Assembly: GCA_026914155.1 (NCBI GenBank)
Contig: JAPPGH010000063.1
Span: 34,283-98,282, forward strand
DNA: 64,000 bases
Reading direction: 5' to 3'
Source: Candidatus Palauibacter rhopaloidicola
Lineage (GTDB): Bacteria > Gemmatimonadota > Gemmatimonadetes > Palauibacterales > Palauibacteraceae
A program made the position numbers and the translations under genes. The notes below the pieces were generated by a model, which was given only the letters and a program-made list of their open reading frames with translations, made no database searches and had not been told where the DNA came from. The stretch's first letter is position 1, and the number at the start of each line of letters is the position of its first letter. Below are positions 62,891-64,000 of this stretch, piece by piece.

Positions 62891-64000
62891 TCAGGTGCCG
62901 CTCCAGAGGTCGGTGGGGGTGGCGTCGATGCGGGAGCCGGTTCGTTGGACGTGGGTGAGGAGGCGGTTGAGGAGGGCTTCCGGTGGTAGCGTTCGTCGGA
63001 GGCCGGTGACGGTCGCGACGATGACGAGGCGCTCGCGGGCGCGGGAGAGGGCGACGTTGAGGAGGCGGGGGAAGTCCCGGTTCCGGCGCTCGTCGAGGAA
63101 CCAGCTGCGGCCGGGGGGTGCGTCCACCGTGTCGATGACGACGAGGCGCTTCTCCCTCCCCTGGAAACGATGGATCGTGCTCACCTCCAGGTCGGCGGGC
63201 GCGGCGCGGCCGAGCCGGCGGCGGATGAGATCGTTCAGGTGGCGGGTCTGGGCGCGGTAAGGGGAGACCACCGCGATGTCCCGGACTCCGTCGCGGGCCG
63301 CGGCGCCGAGGAAGTCCGCCACGGCCTCGGCGTGGACGCGGTTCCGACGCGACCCGTCCACGCGTTCGACGCGCGGATCGAGGCCGCTCGTGTCGAGCAC
63401 GGTGAGGGCGGCCCGCTCCGCAGCGCTCCCCGCCGCACGGCCCGTCGCCTGCACCGCCCCGCGCTCGGCGACCTCCGGCGCATCCCGGAGCCGTCCGCCG
63501 TAGAAGAACTCGCTCACCAGTTCGCGGATGTCAGGCGCCATCCGGTACTGGAGATCTAGCATCGCGCATAGCCCGTCGTTCGGGGAGGGCAGCGCGTGGC
63601 CGGCCCCTGCCCCGCCCCAGGCGCCCGACCCGCCCGCGGCGCCCGGCCCGCCCGCGGCCTCCGCAGGGTCGCCGGCCCCTGCCCGGTCCACGACGCCCGC
63701 CTCCCGGAACAGGTCCGTCCGCAGCCAGCGCGCGGCCGTCGGGGCCGTGCTCGACACGACCGGGGGGAGCTGCTGGAAGTCGCCCACGGCGATCGCGGGG
63801 CCCGCGACCCTCGAGGCGGCGAACGCCACGTAGGGGAGCGGCGCCGTGCTCGCCTCGTCGATGAGCAACGACTCGAACCTCAGCTCGCGGAGTTCCTCCC
63901 GGATCGAGAGCCGGGCGAAGGTCGTGAGGACGATGTCCGCCTCCTCCAGCACCCGTTCCGCCTGGCGGGCGATCTCGAGCATGACGCGGCCCAGGTTGCG
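62891..64000 (-). CDS. SF1 helicase, Upf1/DNA2-like (AAA_11/AAA_12-type), C-terminal part; the gene continues beyond the right edge
   Basis: LLIDEASTA (motif II region), VGDFQQLPPV (III), LDLQYRMAPDI (IV), VVSPYRAQ, STIHRFQGREKRLVVIDTV (V) and LLNVALSRARERLVIV (VI). The frame stays open through position 64000. A Gly/Ala-rich insert lies between motifs III and IV. Confidence 0.85.
   Translation of the reverse strand, partial: RNLGRVMLEIARQAERVLEEADIVLTTFARLSIREELRELRFESLLIDEASTAPLPYVAFAASRVAGPAIAVGDFQQLPPVVSSTAPTAARWLRTDLFREAGVVDRAGAGDPAEAAGGPGAAGGSGAWGGAGAGHALPSPNDGLCAMLDLQYRMAPDIRELVSEFFYGGRLRDAPEVAERGAVQATGRAAGSAAERAALTVLDTSGLDPRVERVDGSRRNRVHAEAVADFLGAAARDGVRDIAVVSPYRAQTRHLNDLIRRRLGRAAPADLEVSTIHRFQGREKRLVVIDTVDAPPGRSWFLDERRNRDFPRLLNVALSRARERLVIVATVTGLRRTLPPEALLNRLLTHVQRTGSRIDATPTDLWSGT

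Overview
By eye this is a GC-rich bacterial chromosomal segment, roughly two-thirds G+C, and it is densely packed with housekeeping genes. Positions 8.0-19.4 kb carry plus-strand genes: a MacA/MacB-type ABC export cluster with three tandem permeases, bshB1, a cysteine desulfurase and mnmA. From 19.4 kb to the right edge almost everything is on the minus strand, and many neighbouring genes are joined by 4-nt ATGA/GTGA stop-start overlaps. That block holds dnaJ-grpE, pncC-pgsA, recR-ybaB-dnaX preceded by the SRP RNA, yraN, a DAHP synthase, smc, two SPOR proteins and rsfS. It continues with rplI-DUF2232-rpsR-rpsF, hppA, pth-rplY-prs, mscS, a YyaL-type thioredoxin-domain protein, tRNA-Gln, ispE, pdxJ and hflX-rarA-cca. 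It ends with alaS-recX-recA, dtd and a partial SF1 helicase. The left edge carries rplM-rpsI-rpsB. Two RNA genes are supported directly by sequence: SRP RNA and tRNA-Gln(UUG). I found no CRISPR array, rRNA, transposase or integrase. The non-housekeeping signal sits at 58.6-62.9 kb, between recA and the helicase. (a) A lower-GC three-gene module of small membrane proteins (57 aa, 197 aa and a 181-aa two-TM SLATT/DUF4231-like protein) is flanked by a (GGN)21 tract and lies next to a dtd - TIGR00725 (LOG/SLOG-like) - TM/zinc-ribbon operon. (b) An orphan unit of about 0.5 kb runs from a near-consensus promoter to an intrinsic-terminator-like hairpin plus U-run. It has no convincing ORF, has many tetraloop-capped stems, is bracketed by AT-rich repeats, and is followed by three 11-bp-phased TGTCCA repeats. 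Other oddities are a 5-copy 16-18-bp tandem repeat filling the yyaL-mscS spacer and three conserved genes whose N-termini precede any ATG/GTG/TTG. S6 has a long acidic tail, the ABC ATPase has a proline-rich tail, and a P-loop-less pseudo-ATPase-SPOR protein sits directly upstream of smc. All functional calls come from motif recognition by eye. No database search, folding or statistics was run.
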